The notes: a model not told the origin generated them from the sequence alone. A stretch of DNA of 53,935 bases from Candidatus Hydrogenedentota bacterium (GCA_046583315.1 JAYGCN010000317.1:1-53935), one strand, 5' to 3'. Positions 28,518 through 38,899 are shown, counted from the first letter of the stretch. Numbers and translations: made by a program.

Positions 28518-30071
28518 CTAAACCATCGGTTTAAGCGTAAAGCGGGTCGGGCCATCCAGCGTCGTGGTGATTTCGATGGACCCCGGTTCAAGATTGCGCG
28601 TATTCTCGCCGGCGACCTGCGCATGTTCGTCAATGGCCGCGCGAAATTCACCGTTTTGATGAAGCAACGAAAGATAATTCGTGTAAATATTCTCGATTCG
28701 AAACGTCGTAAACACCGGCTCATCACCTGAGGGCTCAAGCGTGAACAAGAGGGTCTCCGTTTCATCATCCCACACCGCCTGCCTTACCAGGACATTCGGG
28801 AAATCCACCCCAGCCAGTAAAGGATGAGCGAAGGCCTTTCGATCCCACGGTTCGTTATGAAGTTTCCACAAGCCATTGGGCCGATTCGATTCCGCCATCG
28901 CAAACAACTTGTCCGTCGTGTTGTTGGCGGGATACCTCTCATCGCCGGGATTGTACTCGAAGCGATACCCTCGCGCATCATCCTTCGTTTTGTAGGACGA
29001 ATGGGCGTAATCAAGAATCGCCTCCGCCGTATCCAAATCGCCGACTTCCTTGGCCAGTGTCGCGAAAAATCCGGGACCCTGTGCGCGTGACGGCTCCGGT
29101 GCAAGCGAAAACGACTCGCCCGTTCCCAGCACATACGCCGCACGCTGTTGCGTATAGAGCGACTCGATGTGTTTCGGATCCCACACATGCATAAACGACC
29201 CCGTCCAACCATCCGCCGAACCACTGTCCACCGTCGGGAACCGCGCCGTCTTATCCTGCTTAATCATGTAGAACGCCGCCGTGCGTTTGGTTTCCACGCT
29301 GTGCATTTCCGTGTTATCCATGAAGCCCTTGAACGCGCTCGTCGTACGCAAACCGTAATCCGTACCATGAAGGTGATCGAAAAGCATGAACGCCAACGTG
29401 GGGTGCTGATTGCATTCCGGAAAAACGAGATTCGGCTCGCATTCCATCGCACCCACATCCTTGGTGTGATCCATGCGCGGTGCCATCATTTCCTGATGAA
29501 TAATATCCACCAACTTCGCATAGTCATAGATATACGCTTCGTTTTCGTCCCACCGAAATGTCAGTGCGCCCGGCGCAGACCAACCCATATCCCGATACAA
29601 CATTTCATACAACGCGATCATGTGAATCACGTGACCGCTGTACATGATGTTTTTGGCGCCGACCGGGTCACGACTCGCCTCTTCATCTCCTAGGAAGTCC
29701 GGATCGAATTTCTTGGACGACTTGCTTACTTCTTCCCAGAATTCCCACACCGGTTTCTGCAGCATGCGCTCAACGAGGCGATCAATCGTATCCTGATAGA
29801 GATCGCGATAGGCTGGCACAGAATGATACTGCTGCAACGCGAGCGCATAGGTCATAAACGCCAGCTGATACCGATACGCCTCGAGACTCTTCTGATTACT
29901 CGCCTCAAAACCCGTCCAATCATCCAGATCCTGATTCGCAAGCGTGACAAAGTGCCGTAAATGTCCCAGCTCAGCATCCGAAAGCTGCGGGGCTGACTCA
30001 TGGGTGAAATCTTCGGCCGATCCCGATAACGTTGCAGCTGCAACAATAATGACCATCACCAATGAACGCAT
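28518..30071 (-). CDS. Linalool dehydratase/isomerase (Ldi/Lis) family protein, secreted
   Basis: YRYQLAFMTYALA, VWEFWEE, DPVGAKNIMYSGH, CEPNLVFPECN, DHLHGTDY and MHVWDP align by eye with LinD motifs (NIMYKGH, CEPDNYFVQCN, DRLHGTDY). Signal peptide present. Confidence 0.85.
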   Translation of the reverse strand: MRSLVMVIIVAAATLSGSAEDFTHESAPQLSDAELGHLRHFVTLANQDLDDWTGFEASNQKSLEAYRYQLAFMTYALALQQYHSVPAYRDLYQDTIDRLVERMLQKPVWEFWEEVSKSSKKFDPDFLGDEEASRDPVGAKNIMYSGHVIHMIALYEMLYRDMGWSAPGALTFRWDENEAYIYDYAKLVDIIHQEMMAPRMDHTKDVGAMECEPNLVFPECNQHPTLAFMLFDHLHGTDYGLRTTSAFKGFMDNTEMHSVETKRTAAFYMIKQDKTARFPTVDSGSADGWTGSFMHVWDPKHIESLYTQQRAAYVLGTGESFSLAPEPSRAQGPGFFATLAKEVGDLDTAEAILDYAHSSYKTKDDARGYRFEYNPGDERYPANNTTDKLFAMAESNRPNGLWKLHNEPWDRKAFAHPLLAGVDFPNVLVRQAVWDDETETLLFTLEPSGDEPVFTTFRIENIYTNYLSLLHQNGEFRAAIDEHAQVAGENTRNLEPGSIEITTTLDGPTRFTLKPMV

Positions 30072-30118
30072 AATAGTGCTCCATGTTAATTCAGTCGATT
30101 CGTGTTAACCCAATAAGT

Positions 30119-30586
30119 CTACGCCTGGCTCGTAGCGGGTTCAACACCGACTCGCTCATCAATGAACGGCTGTTTCCCGAGAGTCCACCGTAGTACGAAA
30201 TAGAGAAGCAAACCCACCGGCCCCGCCATCAGCGTAAATAAAAGACACGGGATGACAAGCCAGTGATTGATACGCAGGCGTTGCGCATCACGCACCTCCC
30301 AAGCTCCCACAAACAGGTCGAACACCAGATAATGAATCCAACCCGCAAGAAGCGCCTTGTCCGATTCAAACAACGTCCGAATCCCCTCAATTGATCCAAA
30401 TCCGCCCCCATTCGTCTCACCGAATCCCGAGATCATAAGGATGCCGTACACCACTGCAAGCCCCATCGGAATGATCATCGAATGCACAATCAGCTGGGTG
30501 CCTTTCCAGCGCGGGACAAAAACAAGCAACAACCACAGCGGAATCGGCAGCATATTGCAGATTGAAAACAACGTATCGATAGACAT
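30119..30586 (-). CDS. ABA4-like (DUF4281) membrane protein
   Basis: Four TM segments; PRWKGT, GGFGSIEGIRTLF, LAGWIHYLVFDLFVG, PCLLFTLMAGPVGLLLY. Confidence 0.88.
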   Translation of the reverse strand: MSIDTLFSICNMLPIPLWLLLVFVPRWKGTQLIVHSMIIPMGLAVVYGILMISGFGETNGGGFGSIEGIRTLFESDKALLAGWIHYLVFDLFVGAWEVRDAQRLRINHWLVIPCLLFTLMAGPVGLLLYFVLRWTLGKQPFIDERVGVEPATSQA

Positions 30587-30810
30587 CTTTCAAGCCTCCA
30601 GTTGGTATTTTGACAATAGAATCGACTCTACCGGAATCGCCCCGTCGCGTCAATAACAGGATTGCTCGGCATCGGTGACGGTGAAGTTCTTGAATACACC
30701 TGTTTATTCTGATTAAATGCCATTGGAGTTTTTTCGAAGTAGTGGCTGAACCGTCGGAGAGATGAATTTTGCCCTATCCGATTTGATGACACCTGGAGGA
30801 AAGACGAACG

Positions 30811-32199
30811 ATGCCGGAAACCGACGACACCAGGAACAATTCCACACCAACCGATCCACCCTTTCCCTCCCCCGGCCGTGCATGGTTCATGGTCACCGTC
30901 CTGATGATCATCTATGTGTTCTCCTTCATCGACCGCACCATTCTCAATTTGCTGGTAACCCCCATCAAAGCAGACATGGGCATCAGCGATACTCAGATGA
31001 GTCTCCTGATGGGCTTCAGTTTTGCCCTCTTCTATACGCTATTCGGCCTGCCCATCGGTCGGCTCGCGGACAGCGTAAACCGCAAAGGGATTATCGCTGT
31101 CGGGTTGTTCCTGTGGACGCTGACAACAGGTCTATGCGGAATCGTAAAATCCTATTGGCAGTTTCTCGCAATGCGTGTAGGAGTCGGTATCGGCGAAGCA
31201 GCACTCAGCCCCTCCGCCTACTCACTCATCACCGACTCCTTCCCGAAAGAAAAACTCGGGCGTGCGCTGAGCGTCTACAGTATGGGCATCTACATCGGCG
31301 CCGGGCTCGCCGTCGGTGTCGGCGGTGGAGTTGCTATGTGGGCCGCGAAACAAGGCCCTGTCGATTTGGGGCCCCTAGGCACGGTCTTTCCCTGGCAACT
31401 CGCCTTTATCGTCATCGGTGCTGTCGGTCTCGCTCCATTGTTTCTGCTTCTCCTTATCAAGGAACCCGTCCGACGCGGCGCGCGAATCATTAAAACTGCC
31501 GATGGAAAAGAAAAAGTCGTCACTGTACCCATCAAGGACGTAGGCAAATACATTTTCGCCAACTGGAAAACGTTTCTGTGCCACCATCTGGGTTTCGCCA
31601 TTCTCGCCTTCTCCAGCTACGGCGTCGGCGCGTGGGGCGCGGCCTACATGGAACGCTCGCACGGCTGGGAACCCGGACAGATCGGCTTCTACTTCATGCT
31701 ACACGTCATCGGCGCGGGGTGCCTCGGCATTATGACCGGCGGTGTCATCTGCGATTGGCTCGCCAAGAAAGGGTACAAAGACGCGCCCATGATCATCGGG
31801 CTGATGTCCGCCGCGCTCTGGATTCCCACCGGCATCCTCTACCCCATCGCGCCCAATGGCTGGATGGCCTGGGGGTTTATGGTGCCCACCTACTTCTTCA
31901 CAGCCTTTGCAACCGGAGTCGCTGCCGCTGCCATTCAACAAATCGTACCCAACGTCATGCGCGCCCAGGCATCGTCGGTTTATTTGCTGGTCAGCAACCT
32001 CATCGGGTTAGGTCTGGGACCCACGGGCGTTGCCCTCGTCACCGATTACGTATTCAAAGACGAGAGCATGCTCAACTATTCCATCCTGATCGTGGGTGTC
32101 AGCTGCCACGCCGTCGCGATTCCGCTGTTCTGGTACGGACGAAAACACTATCGCGACAGCATAGAATATCTGAAGGATTGGGAAGCCGAAAACCTGTAA
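30811..32199 (+). CDS. MFS transporter (spinster-like)
   Basis: FSFIDRTILNLL, GRLADSVNRK, RVGVGIGEAALSPSAYSLITDSFP; about 12 TM segments; GGAGG RBS. Confidence 0.93.
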   Translation: MPETDDTRNNSTPTDPPFPSPGRAWFMVTVLMIIYVFSFIDRTILNLLVTPIKADMGISDTQMSLLMGFSFALFYTLFGLPIGRLADSVNRKGIIAVGLFLWTLTTGLCGIVKSYWQFLAMRVGVGIGEAALSPSAYSLITDSFPKEKLGRALSVYSMGIYIGAGLAVGVGGGVAMWAAKQGPVDLGPLGTVFPWQLAFIVIGAVGLAPLFLLLLIKEPVRRGARIIKTADGKEKVVTVPIKDVGKYIFANWKTFLCHHLGFAILAFSSYGVGAWGAAYMERSHGWEPGQIGFYFMLHVIGAGCLGIMTGGVICDWLAKKGYKDAPMIIGLMSAALWIPTGILYPIAPNGWMAWGFMVPTYFFTAFATGVAAAAIQQIVPNVMRAQASSVYLLVSNLIGLGLGPTGVALVTDYVFKDESMLNYSILIVGVSCHAVAIPLFWYGRKHYRDSIEYLKDWEAENL

Positions 32200-32276
32200 C
32201 CACCAATACTTGTGCCACTCCGTTTTCTCTTGATAAGGTTATCCCTTCAATTTCACTATGCATTGAGAGGAACACC

Positions 32277-33479
32277 ATGAGCACGACTAAAGTATTGGAA
32301 GGTGTCCGCGTACTCGACTTCGGACGCTTCATCGCGGCCCCCTACTGCGGTATGATTCTCGCCGACATGGGCGCAGAAGTCATTCGCATTGATCGTCCGG
32401 GTGGTGAGGAGGACCGCACGGTGGGCCTTAAATCCCCGAACGGCGAGAACCTCAGCTATCCCAGTTATGCGCGCAACAAAAAGGGAGTCTCGCTGAATGT
32501 GCTGTCCAAAGATGCGGATCGAGGCGTACTCGAGGATCTCGTGAAGAAGTGTGATGTCTTCCTGCACAACTTCAGCCCGGGCGCGATCAAAGCCTTTGGT
32601 CTCACCTATGAAGACATCAAAGCAATCAAGCCGGACATCATCTATACAGGGATCTCGTGTTATGGCGCGACCGGTCCTTACGCTGATCGTTCGGGCTTCG
32701 ACCAAATCGCGCAGACCTTCTCGGGTGCCGCGGCATTGACCGGTTACGAAGGCGATCCGCCCTTGCGCTCCGGACTTCCCTGGGTGGATTACAGCACCGG
32801 CCTCTGCGCAACCGTCGGCACCTTACTCGCCCTGCGTCATCGTGATGCTACCGGTGAAGGCCAAATGGTCGACTGCGCTCTGCTTCAAACCGCCATGAGC
32901 TTCATCGCGCCGATGGTCGCCGAAGCAAACGTGCTGGGCCGGGAAAAACCCCGCATCGGAAATCGCTCCGCTTATTTCGGCCCCACGGACCTCTACAAAT
33001 GCAGCGACGGTTATGTCTACATCGCCACGACCATGGAAGGCATGTGGCGGCGACTGATGAAAATAATCGGTCGAGAAGATTTTGTAGGAAAAGAAGGATT
33101 TGTGACCGACATCGAGCGTTTCGAAAATCGGGAACAGGTTGATCCACTTGTTACCGACTGGATGAAAGGCCACACGGTCGACGAGGTCACGACCATCATG
33201 GATGACAATCGAATTCCCTGCGGGATTTATCATTCCACGGCAGAAGTGGCCGCCGACCCTCACGTACAGGCGCGAAAAATGCTCGAGTACATGGACCTCG
33301 GCGTACCTGGATTAGAAAATGTGCCTTTGTGCGGCATTCCCATACAACTCAGCGAAACACCGGGTTCCGTGCGTGAACAGGCACCAGCAGTCGGGCAACA
33401 TAACGATGAATTCTATCGTGATTTGCTGGGATATAACGATGAGAGGCTCGCGGAACTTCGCGAATCTGGAACCATCTAA
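32277..33479 (+). CDS. Family III CoA transferase (CaiB/BaiF)
   Basis: VLEGVRVLDFGRFIAAPYCGMILADMGAEVI, ARNKKG, WVDYSTG, APAVGQHN. Start ATG 32277 with GAGG RBS. Confidence 0.93.
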   Translation: MSTTKVLEGVRVLDFGRFIAAPYCGMILADMGAEVIRIDRPGGEEDRTVGLKSPNGENLSYPSYARNKKGVSLNVLSKDADRGVLEDLVKKCDVFLHNFSPGAIKAFGLTYEDIKAIKPDIIYTGISCYGATGPYADRSGFDQIAQTFSGAAALTGYEGDPPLRSGLPWVDYSTGLCATVGTLLALRHRDATGEGQMVDCALLQTAMSFIAPMVAEANVLGREKPRIGNRSAYFGPTDLYKCSDGYVYIATTMEGMWRRLMKIIGREDFVGKEGFVTDIERFENREQVDPLVTDWMKGHTVDEVTTIMDDNRIPCGIYHSTAEVAADPHVQARKMLEYMDLGVPGLENVPLCGIPIQLSETPGSVREQAPAVGQHNDEFYRDLLGYNDERLAELRESGTI

Positions 33480-33494
33480 AAAAGGAGCGTTATC

Positions 33495-33884
33495 ATGGCC
33501 ATCACTGGACTTCACCACGTAGTCATTCGCGTGAATGATTTGGACGAAGCAATCGAAAGTTACACGAAACTGGGTTTGGAGTTGACTAAGACGCTGGAAA
33601 CGCCTGGCATTGGAAAACAGGCCGTCTTTCGTTTCCCAAACGGCACCTTCCTCGAGCTTGTCGCGCCGACCGATCCCGATTCACCTGTAGGCAAAGCCAT
33701 TGCCAGTCGAGGAGAAGGTGTACATACCATCTCCATCGAAATGAAGGATTTCGAAGACTCCGTGAGTACGCTCGCGGATAACGGCACCAGGCTGATTCGA
33801 TCAGAGGACTTGCCCAACGTCGCGTTTGTACATCCCAAGGAAACGCACGGCGTATTGCTACAACTCAATCGCGAAAATTCGTAG
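33495..33884 (+). CDS. VOC family protein (methylmalonyl-CoA epimerase-like)
   Basis: LHHVVIRVNDLDEAI, LELVAP, RGEGVHTI, FVHPKETHGVLLQL. Confidence 0.85.
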   Translation: MAITGLHHVVIRVNDLDEAIESYTKLGLELTKTLETPGIGKQAVFRFPNGTFLELVAPTDPDSPVGKAIASRGEGVHTISIEMKDFEDSVSTLADNGTRLIRSEDLPNVAFVHPKETHGVLLQLNRENS

Positions 33885-33892
33885 TCGATCGG

Positions 33893-35065
33893 TTAAACAA
33901 TCTTGTCGGCCTTGAGTTGCTCGATTGCATTCAACGACAAACCGAGTTCTGTTAACACCGCGTCGGTATGTTGACCCAATGTGGGCGCGGCGGACTGCAC
34001 CGCACCGGGCGACCCGGACAGGTGAATGGGCACGCCACCCAAATCCATGGGGCCGATGGTGTCGTGTTGCACCGTTGAACGCATGTCCATCGCAGCCACC
34101 TGCGGCAAGTCAAAAAACTCATCGGAGGTCATCACCGGGCCGCAAGGGAAACCCTTTTCCACAAGCAACAATTCCCAATCGTCAGTTGTTTTTTCCAGAA
34201 AGTATGGTGTCAATATCTCCATCAGCTCATCCGCGTGATCCACACGATCCGAATTGCTCAGATACTTCGGGTCTGTGCCCAACTCCGGTCGACCAAGCGC
34301 CTCACACAAAATGCACCAGAACTTATCCGTCCCCCCGCATATAAATATCAAACTGTCTATCGTCTCAAACATGCGATACGGAAAAATCCCGAAGGGCGGC
34401 TCCTCTTCGATGTCATGCGCCTTTACGAAGTTATGCGTCTGCAACGCCATCGAAGCTTGTAGCAACGAGGTCTCGACCAATTGTCCTTCGCCCGTGCGTT
34501 CGCGATGAAATAATGCGGCAAGAATTCCATTGGACCCAAGCAGTCCAGAACCAAAATCCGCCATCGCGGTACTCGAAACACACTTCTTTCCGGCCTGGCG
34601 TTCATTCAATACCGCTGCGCCGCTCATTGACTGCAAAATCGGATCGTATGCTGGCCGATCACTATACGGCCCCTTGGTGCCGAAACCAGTGATCGAACAA
34701 TAGACAATTTTCGGATTGGATTCCTTGGCGGATTCGTAATCAATGCCCAACTTCTTGGTCACACCCGGTCGAAAATTTTCCACCAACACGTCACATTCGG
34801 CAATGAGTTGATGCACAATCTCATGACCTCGCTCCGAGCTCATATCCAACGCGATAGAACGCTTATTCCGGTTCCAGGCCTGAAAAAAGCGGCTCTCTCC
34901 ATTCAGGAAAGGCCCCCAATGCCGCGCGCCATCCCCGTATTTAGGCTCAACCTTGATGACATCCGCACCCAAATCACCCAGCATCACCGAGGCGTAACAG
35001 CCTGCGATAAACGACGAAAAATCCAATACTTTGATACCGACCAAAGGGCCTGAAGCATCGCCCAT
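33893..35065 (-). CDS. Family III CoA transferase (CaiB/BaiF)
   Basis: GPLVGIKVLD, WNRNKRSI, ENFRPG, MADFGSG, APTLGQHT. Start ATG 35065 with GGAGG RBS. Confidence 0.93.
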   Translation of the reverse strand: MGDASGPLVGIKVLDFSSFIAGCYASVMLGDLGADVIKVEPKYGDGARHWGPFLNGESRFFQAWNRNKRSIALDMSSERGHEIVHQLIAECDVLVENFRPGVTKKLGIDYESAKESNPKIVYCSITGFGTKGPYSDRPAYDPILQSMSGAAVLNERQAGKKCVSSTAMADFGSGLLGSNGILAALFHRERTGEGQLVETSLLQASMALQTHNFVKAHDIEEEPPFGIFPYRMFETIDSLIFICGGTDKFWCILCEALGRPELGTDPKYLSNSDRVDHADELMEILTPYFLEKTTDDWELLLVEKGFPCGPVMTSDEFFDLPQVAAMDMRSTVQHDTIGPMDLGGVPIHLSGSPGAVQSAAPTLGQHTDAVLTELGLSLNAIEQLKADKIV

Positions 35066-35105
35066 CGTTGAACCTCCATCGTGACGTTGAGTTTTTCCGA
35101 ACGCG

Positions 35106-36188
35106 CTATACGAGCTGTTGGATCCTGGCCGCTTCTTCACGTACCACGGTAGGTCCACCCAGCATTTGACGGTCAAACCCGATACGCTTGAACCAATAAT
35201 GTAATCCGAGTTCATCCGTAAACCCGACACCGCCGTGTACTTCGGTGGCTGTTTTACCAACGGATGTCGCCACCTCAGCGAGGTGCGCCTTGGTGTGACA
35301 GGCCAATAGACTGGATTCTTCCGGTGCTGTATCAAAGGCATGCGCGGCATACCACATCATCGCGCGACACGGCTCCAAATCGGACGCCATCTCTGCGCAC
35401 ATGTGTTTCACCGCCTGAAACGATCCGATCACGCGACCAAACTGCTCACGAATTTTTGAATAGGCCACCGCTTGATCCAACATATTCTGCGCAGCGCCAA
35501 GATTGTCAGCCGCAAGAATGATTCGACCGGCGTCAATAATGCGCGCACACACGTCCTCACCGGATGCATTGGGAAACGCCTCCGCGGCAACGTTATTGAA
35601 GACGAGTTCGCCGACAGGACGCGTCTTGTCCACGGTCGTGAGCAGATTCCGCTCGAGGCCCTTCGCCTTCGCATCGACCAGATACAAATTTCGATCCGCA
35701 TCCGCTACCAGATACACGTCCGCCTCGAAATCCAGCACGAACAAAGCCTTTCCGTTCAGCGTAGAGCCATCCGACGTCACGCCTGCATCCGAACGCGCAC
35801 CGATCACCTCGGTCAATGCCGCACCTGCAATCACGCTGCCGTCAGCGAGTTTTGGCAACCACTGCGTCTTCTGCTCATCCGAGCCCGCCAACGCGATGGC
35901 CATTGGTGCCATAATTACGGTTGACACAAACGGTACTGGTGTCACGTTGTAGCCCAACGTTTCCGCGACAAGGGCCGCATCCAGTAACGAGAGACCCAAG
36001 CCATCGTATTCTTCGTCAATGATCAATCCTGGGACGCCCAATTCGCAAAGCCCCGCCCAGACATCATCGGCCCGCGATTCACCGTCATCGGCGAATTTTC
36101 GGGCGCGATCCAAACCGCCGTTGTCTTGTAAATAGCCGCCCACACTTTGCTGCAGCATTTCCTGTTCTTGTGAAAGTCCGAATTCCAT
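35106..36188 (-). CDS. Acyl-CoA dehydrogenase, short (beta-type) subunit
   Basis: REQFGRVIGSFQAVKHMCA, EVHGGVGFTDE..LHYWFKR; 360 aa. Confidence 0.9.
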   Translation of the reverse strand: MEFGLSQEQEMLQQSVGGYLQDNGGLDRARKFADDGESRADDVWAGLCELGVPGLIIDEEYDGLGLSLLDAALVAETLGYNVTPVPFVSTVIMAPMAIALAGSDEQKTQWLPKLADGSVIAGAALTEVIGARSDAGVTSDGSTLNGKALFVLDFEADVYLVADADRNLYLVDAKAKGLERNLLTTVDKTRPVGELVFNNVAAEAFPNASGEDVCARIIDAGRIILAADNLGAAQNMLDQAVAYSKIREQFGRVIGSFQAVKHMCAEMASDLEPCRAMMWYAAHAFDTAPEESSLLACHTKAHLAEVATSVGKTATEVHGGVGFTDELGLHYWFKRIGFDRQMLGGPTVVREEAARIQQLV

Positions 36189-36203
36189 ATTGAATAGTTT
36201 CCT

Positions 36204-37385
36204 TTAGTTCGCTTTGGGTTCGCGCGGCATGCCCAGCCCACGTTCGCTGATAATGTTTTTCTGAATCTGATTGGTGCCGCCGCCGATGATGAGGCCGAGG
36301 AACATCATATAGTCGTGCTGCCAGGTGCCTTCGTTACGCAAGTAGGGGCTATCCTCGTACAGCAGCCCGTGCTCGCCCAAGACGTCAATCGCCAGACCTT
36401 CCAGCGCATGCCGCAACTCAGTGCCCTGCAATTTCACGATCATCGTGGCAATCGGGGCTTCTACCTTGTTGATGTTCGCGCTAAGCAATCGCATATCATT
36501 GAAGCGCAACGCCATCACGCGACCTTGTAGGGCCATCAATCGATCCCGGTAATGAGCATTATCCATCAACCGCTGTCCATCAACTGTTTCCTTTTTCATC
36601 ATTTCAACGAGCGCGTTGAAGCGCGACAACGTCACGTTCGGGTCACCGAGTCCATCACGCTCGTGTTTTAGAATGGCGTTGGCAATAGTCCAACCTTCAC
36701 CCCGCTCACCGACGATTTGGTGCGCCGGCACTCGTGCATCGGTAAAGAAGACTTCGTTGAACGTATATTGCCCGGTCATCATCTTCATCGGACGTACATC
36801 CAGGCCTTCGGTCTCCATGGAAAGCAACAGGAAACTGATGCCACGGTGTTTCGGTGCATCCGGTTCAGAGCGCACGAGACAGAACATCCAGTCGGCCGTC
36901 TTCGCGCTGCTGGTCCATATTTTTTGGCCGTTGATGACCCATTCGTCCCCGTCCAAGACCGCACGCGTGCTCAAACTCGCGAGGTCACTACCCGAATTCG
37001 GCTCGGAATACCCCTGACACCAGAGCATATCGCCGCGAATGGTGGGCTCGATAAACTGTTTTTTCTGATCGTCGGTGCCACGCTCAAGCAGAACCGGCAC
37101 GATCATGCCGATGCCTTGACCGCCCATGCCCGCTGAGATCTGCGCGCGCGCAAATTCTTCGGCCAGGACGCGCTTCTCGATGATATCGGGTGCATACCCA
37201 CCGCCGCCGTACTCCTTGGGAATCGTCCGGCACGCGTAGCCATTCTTCACCAGCAGACGCTGCCACGCCTTCACCTTATCCATATCGTCCTCGCCACGTT
37301 GCGGCGCAGCCTCGCGATTATCCTCAATAAATTGTCGTACCGTATCGCGAAATGTGTCGTATTTCACTCCAAATGCCAGATCCAA
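36204..37385 (-). CDS. Acyl-CoA dehydrogenase, catalytic (alpha-type) subunit
   Basis: WCQGYSEPNSGSDLASL, NGQKIWTS, FNEVFFTD, LKHER, IGGGTNQIQKNIISER.LGMPREP. Likely TTG start at 37385 with GAAGGAG RBS. Confidence 0.9.
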   Translation of the reverse strand: MDLAFGVKYDTFRDTVRQFIEDNREAAPQRGEDDMDKVKAWQRLLVKNGYACRTIPKEYGGGGYAPDIIEKRVLAEEFARAQISAGMGGQGIGMIVPVLLERGTDDQKKQFIEPTIRGDMLWCQGYSEPNSGSDLASLSTRAVLDGDEWVINGQKIWTSSAKTADWMFCLVRSEPDAPKHRGISFLLLSMETEGLDVRPMKMMTGQYTFNEVFFTDARVPAHQIVGERGEGWTIANAILKHERDGLGDPNVTLSRFNALVEMMKKETVDGQRLMDNAHYRDRLMALQGRVMALRFNDMRLLSANINKVEAPIATMIVKLQGTELRHALEGLAIDVLGEHGLLYEDSPYLRNEGTWQHDYMMFLGLIIGGGTNQIQKNIISERGLGMPREPKAN

Positions 37386-37714
37386 TGGAAATTCTCCTTC
37401 GCGGGATTCCGGAAATCGCCTCGCCAATCGGGGGCATCCGAATCCGCAACCAGCATCCGATTCTAGTGATGAAATGGTGTGAAATCAACCCTTACACGAA
37501 TTTGACAGCCACAATCGAGACTTCGACCTTGCCATTCCCGCGTGTCATTCGCTATGGTTAATCTTCAATTATTTAACTATTTTGGGCGAATTGGCCATTT
37601 TTGATGAAACAGGATTTTTTTCATCTCCGAATCACCAACAGGTCTGCGTAAAGATACGAATAATTCAATTATCACCTTTGATAACGATCACCGTTCACGA
37701 AAAGGAGTGCCTCC

Positions 37715-38875
37715 ATGGGAAAAGCGATACTACGCACGAAACTGTGTGATGACCTTGGAATTGAGTATCCAATCATCAGCGCGGGCATGGGACCGAGTCT
37801 CATCGGCGAGAGCACAGGCGCGACGGTCGACCTCGTTGTTGCCGTTTCCGAAGCGGGCGGCCTGGGTGTTCTCGGTGCTGCTGGACATACCGTGGACGAG
37901 ATGCAAGAAGCCATTCGTGAAATCAAGAAACAAACCGACAAACCCTTTGGCGTGGATATTTTATTGCCTGCAGCACAAGTACAGAACGGCGATGTTGCCC
38001 CTGAAGACGTGAAAAACATCCCCATTGAGGAAGCGGTCAAGAATAGTATTCCCGAGAAGTATTATGAGTGGTATCGAAATATGAAGAAGGAGCACGACCT
38101 TCCGGAACTCGATATTGAAGTTGGCGGCGGTTCAACAACAAGCCGCCCTCACGCGTCAATAAAGGTCATCCTTGAAGAACGCGTCCCGCTGTTTTGCGCA
38201 GGCCTCGGCAATCCAGGATTCATGGTCGATGAAGCGCACAAAGTCGGTGTGAAAGTGCTCGGCCTTACCGGCAACACAAAAAACGTTCGACGTGTCGCCG
38301 AATCCGGTGCTGACTATGTCGTCGCCCAGGGACACGAAGCGGGCGGACACACTGGTCGCATCGGCACCATGGCGTTTCTGCCTCAGGCACTCGACGCAGC
38401 CGGCAGTGTACCGGTGCTCGCGGCAGGTGGCATCGGTGACGGACGCGCACTTGCGGCCTGCCTCGCGATGGGATGCATTGGCGTATGGGTCGGCACTCGA
38501 TTTCTGGCCACCAAAGAGAGTGGACTCGTTGACGAACAACGGGAATTTATCGTGCGTGCAACGGACGAAGATACACGTCGTTCGAAACTGTACACCGGCA
38601 AGACATCACGTACGATCGTCAGCGGCGTACACGATGTATGGGCCGATTCAGGACTCGAAATGTTACCTTTTGGTCAACAGGGCATCCTGGCCTCCGCAGT
38701 CATCGCCAGTTTCCACAAAGCCGGTAAATACGAATTCGTCGGGCCCTTCTCCGGTCAGGTGTCTGGACTCATCGACGAGATCGTACCCGCCGCTAAGGTG
38801 GTCGAAGAAATGGTCGACCAGGCGGTGGACATTCTGACGCGTAAACTTCCTGAAACCGTTATTGCAGAAGCATAA
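37715..38875 (+). CDS. Nitronate monooxygenase/FabK-like FMN oxidoreductase
   Basis: LGIEYPIISAGMG, AVSEAGGLGVLG, AQGHEAGGHTG, PVLAAGGIGDGR, VGTRFLATKES. Confidence 0.9.
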   Translation: MGKAILRTKLCDDLGIEYPIISAGMGPSLIGESTGATVDLVVAVSEAGGLGVLGAAGHTVDEMQEAIREIKKQTDKPFGVDILLPAAQVQNGDVAPEDVKNIPIEEAVKNSIPEKYYEWYRNMKKEHDLPELDIEVGGGSTTSRPHASIKVILEERVPLFCAGLGNPGFMVDEAHKVGVKVLGLTGNTKNVRRVAESGADYVVAQGHEAGGHTGRIGTMAFLPQALDAAGSVPVLAAGGIGDGRALAACLAMGCIGVWVGTRFLATKESGLVDEQREFIVRATDEDTRRSKLYTGKTSRTIVSGVHDVWADSGLEMLPFGQQGILASAVIASFHKAGKYEFVGPFSGQVSGLIDEIVPAAKVVEEMVDQAVDILTRKLPETVIAEA

Positions 38876-38899
38876 AGTGAACGACACAAGGATTTCTAA

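Noticed and set aside
31578..32276. 233-aa N-terminal extension of the CoA transferase (633-aa ORF)
   Set aside because: It is an off-frame overlap with the MFS gene. Family homology and an RBS begin at 32277.
35066..35350. N-terminal extension of the 33893 CoA transferase
   Set aside because: It overlaps the ACAD gene, and there is a good GGAGG RBS before ATG 35065.
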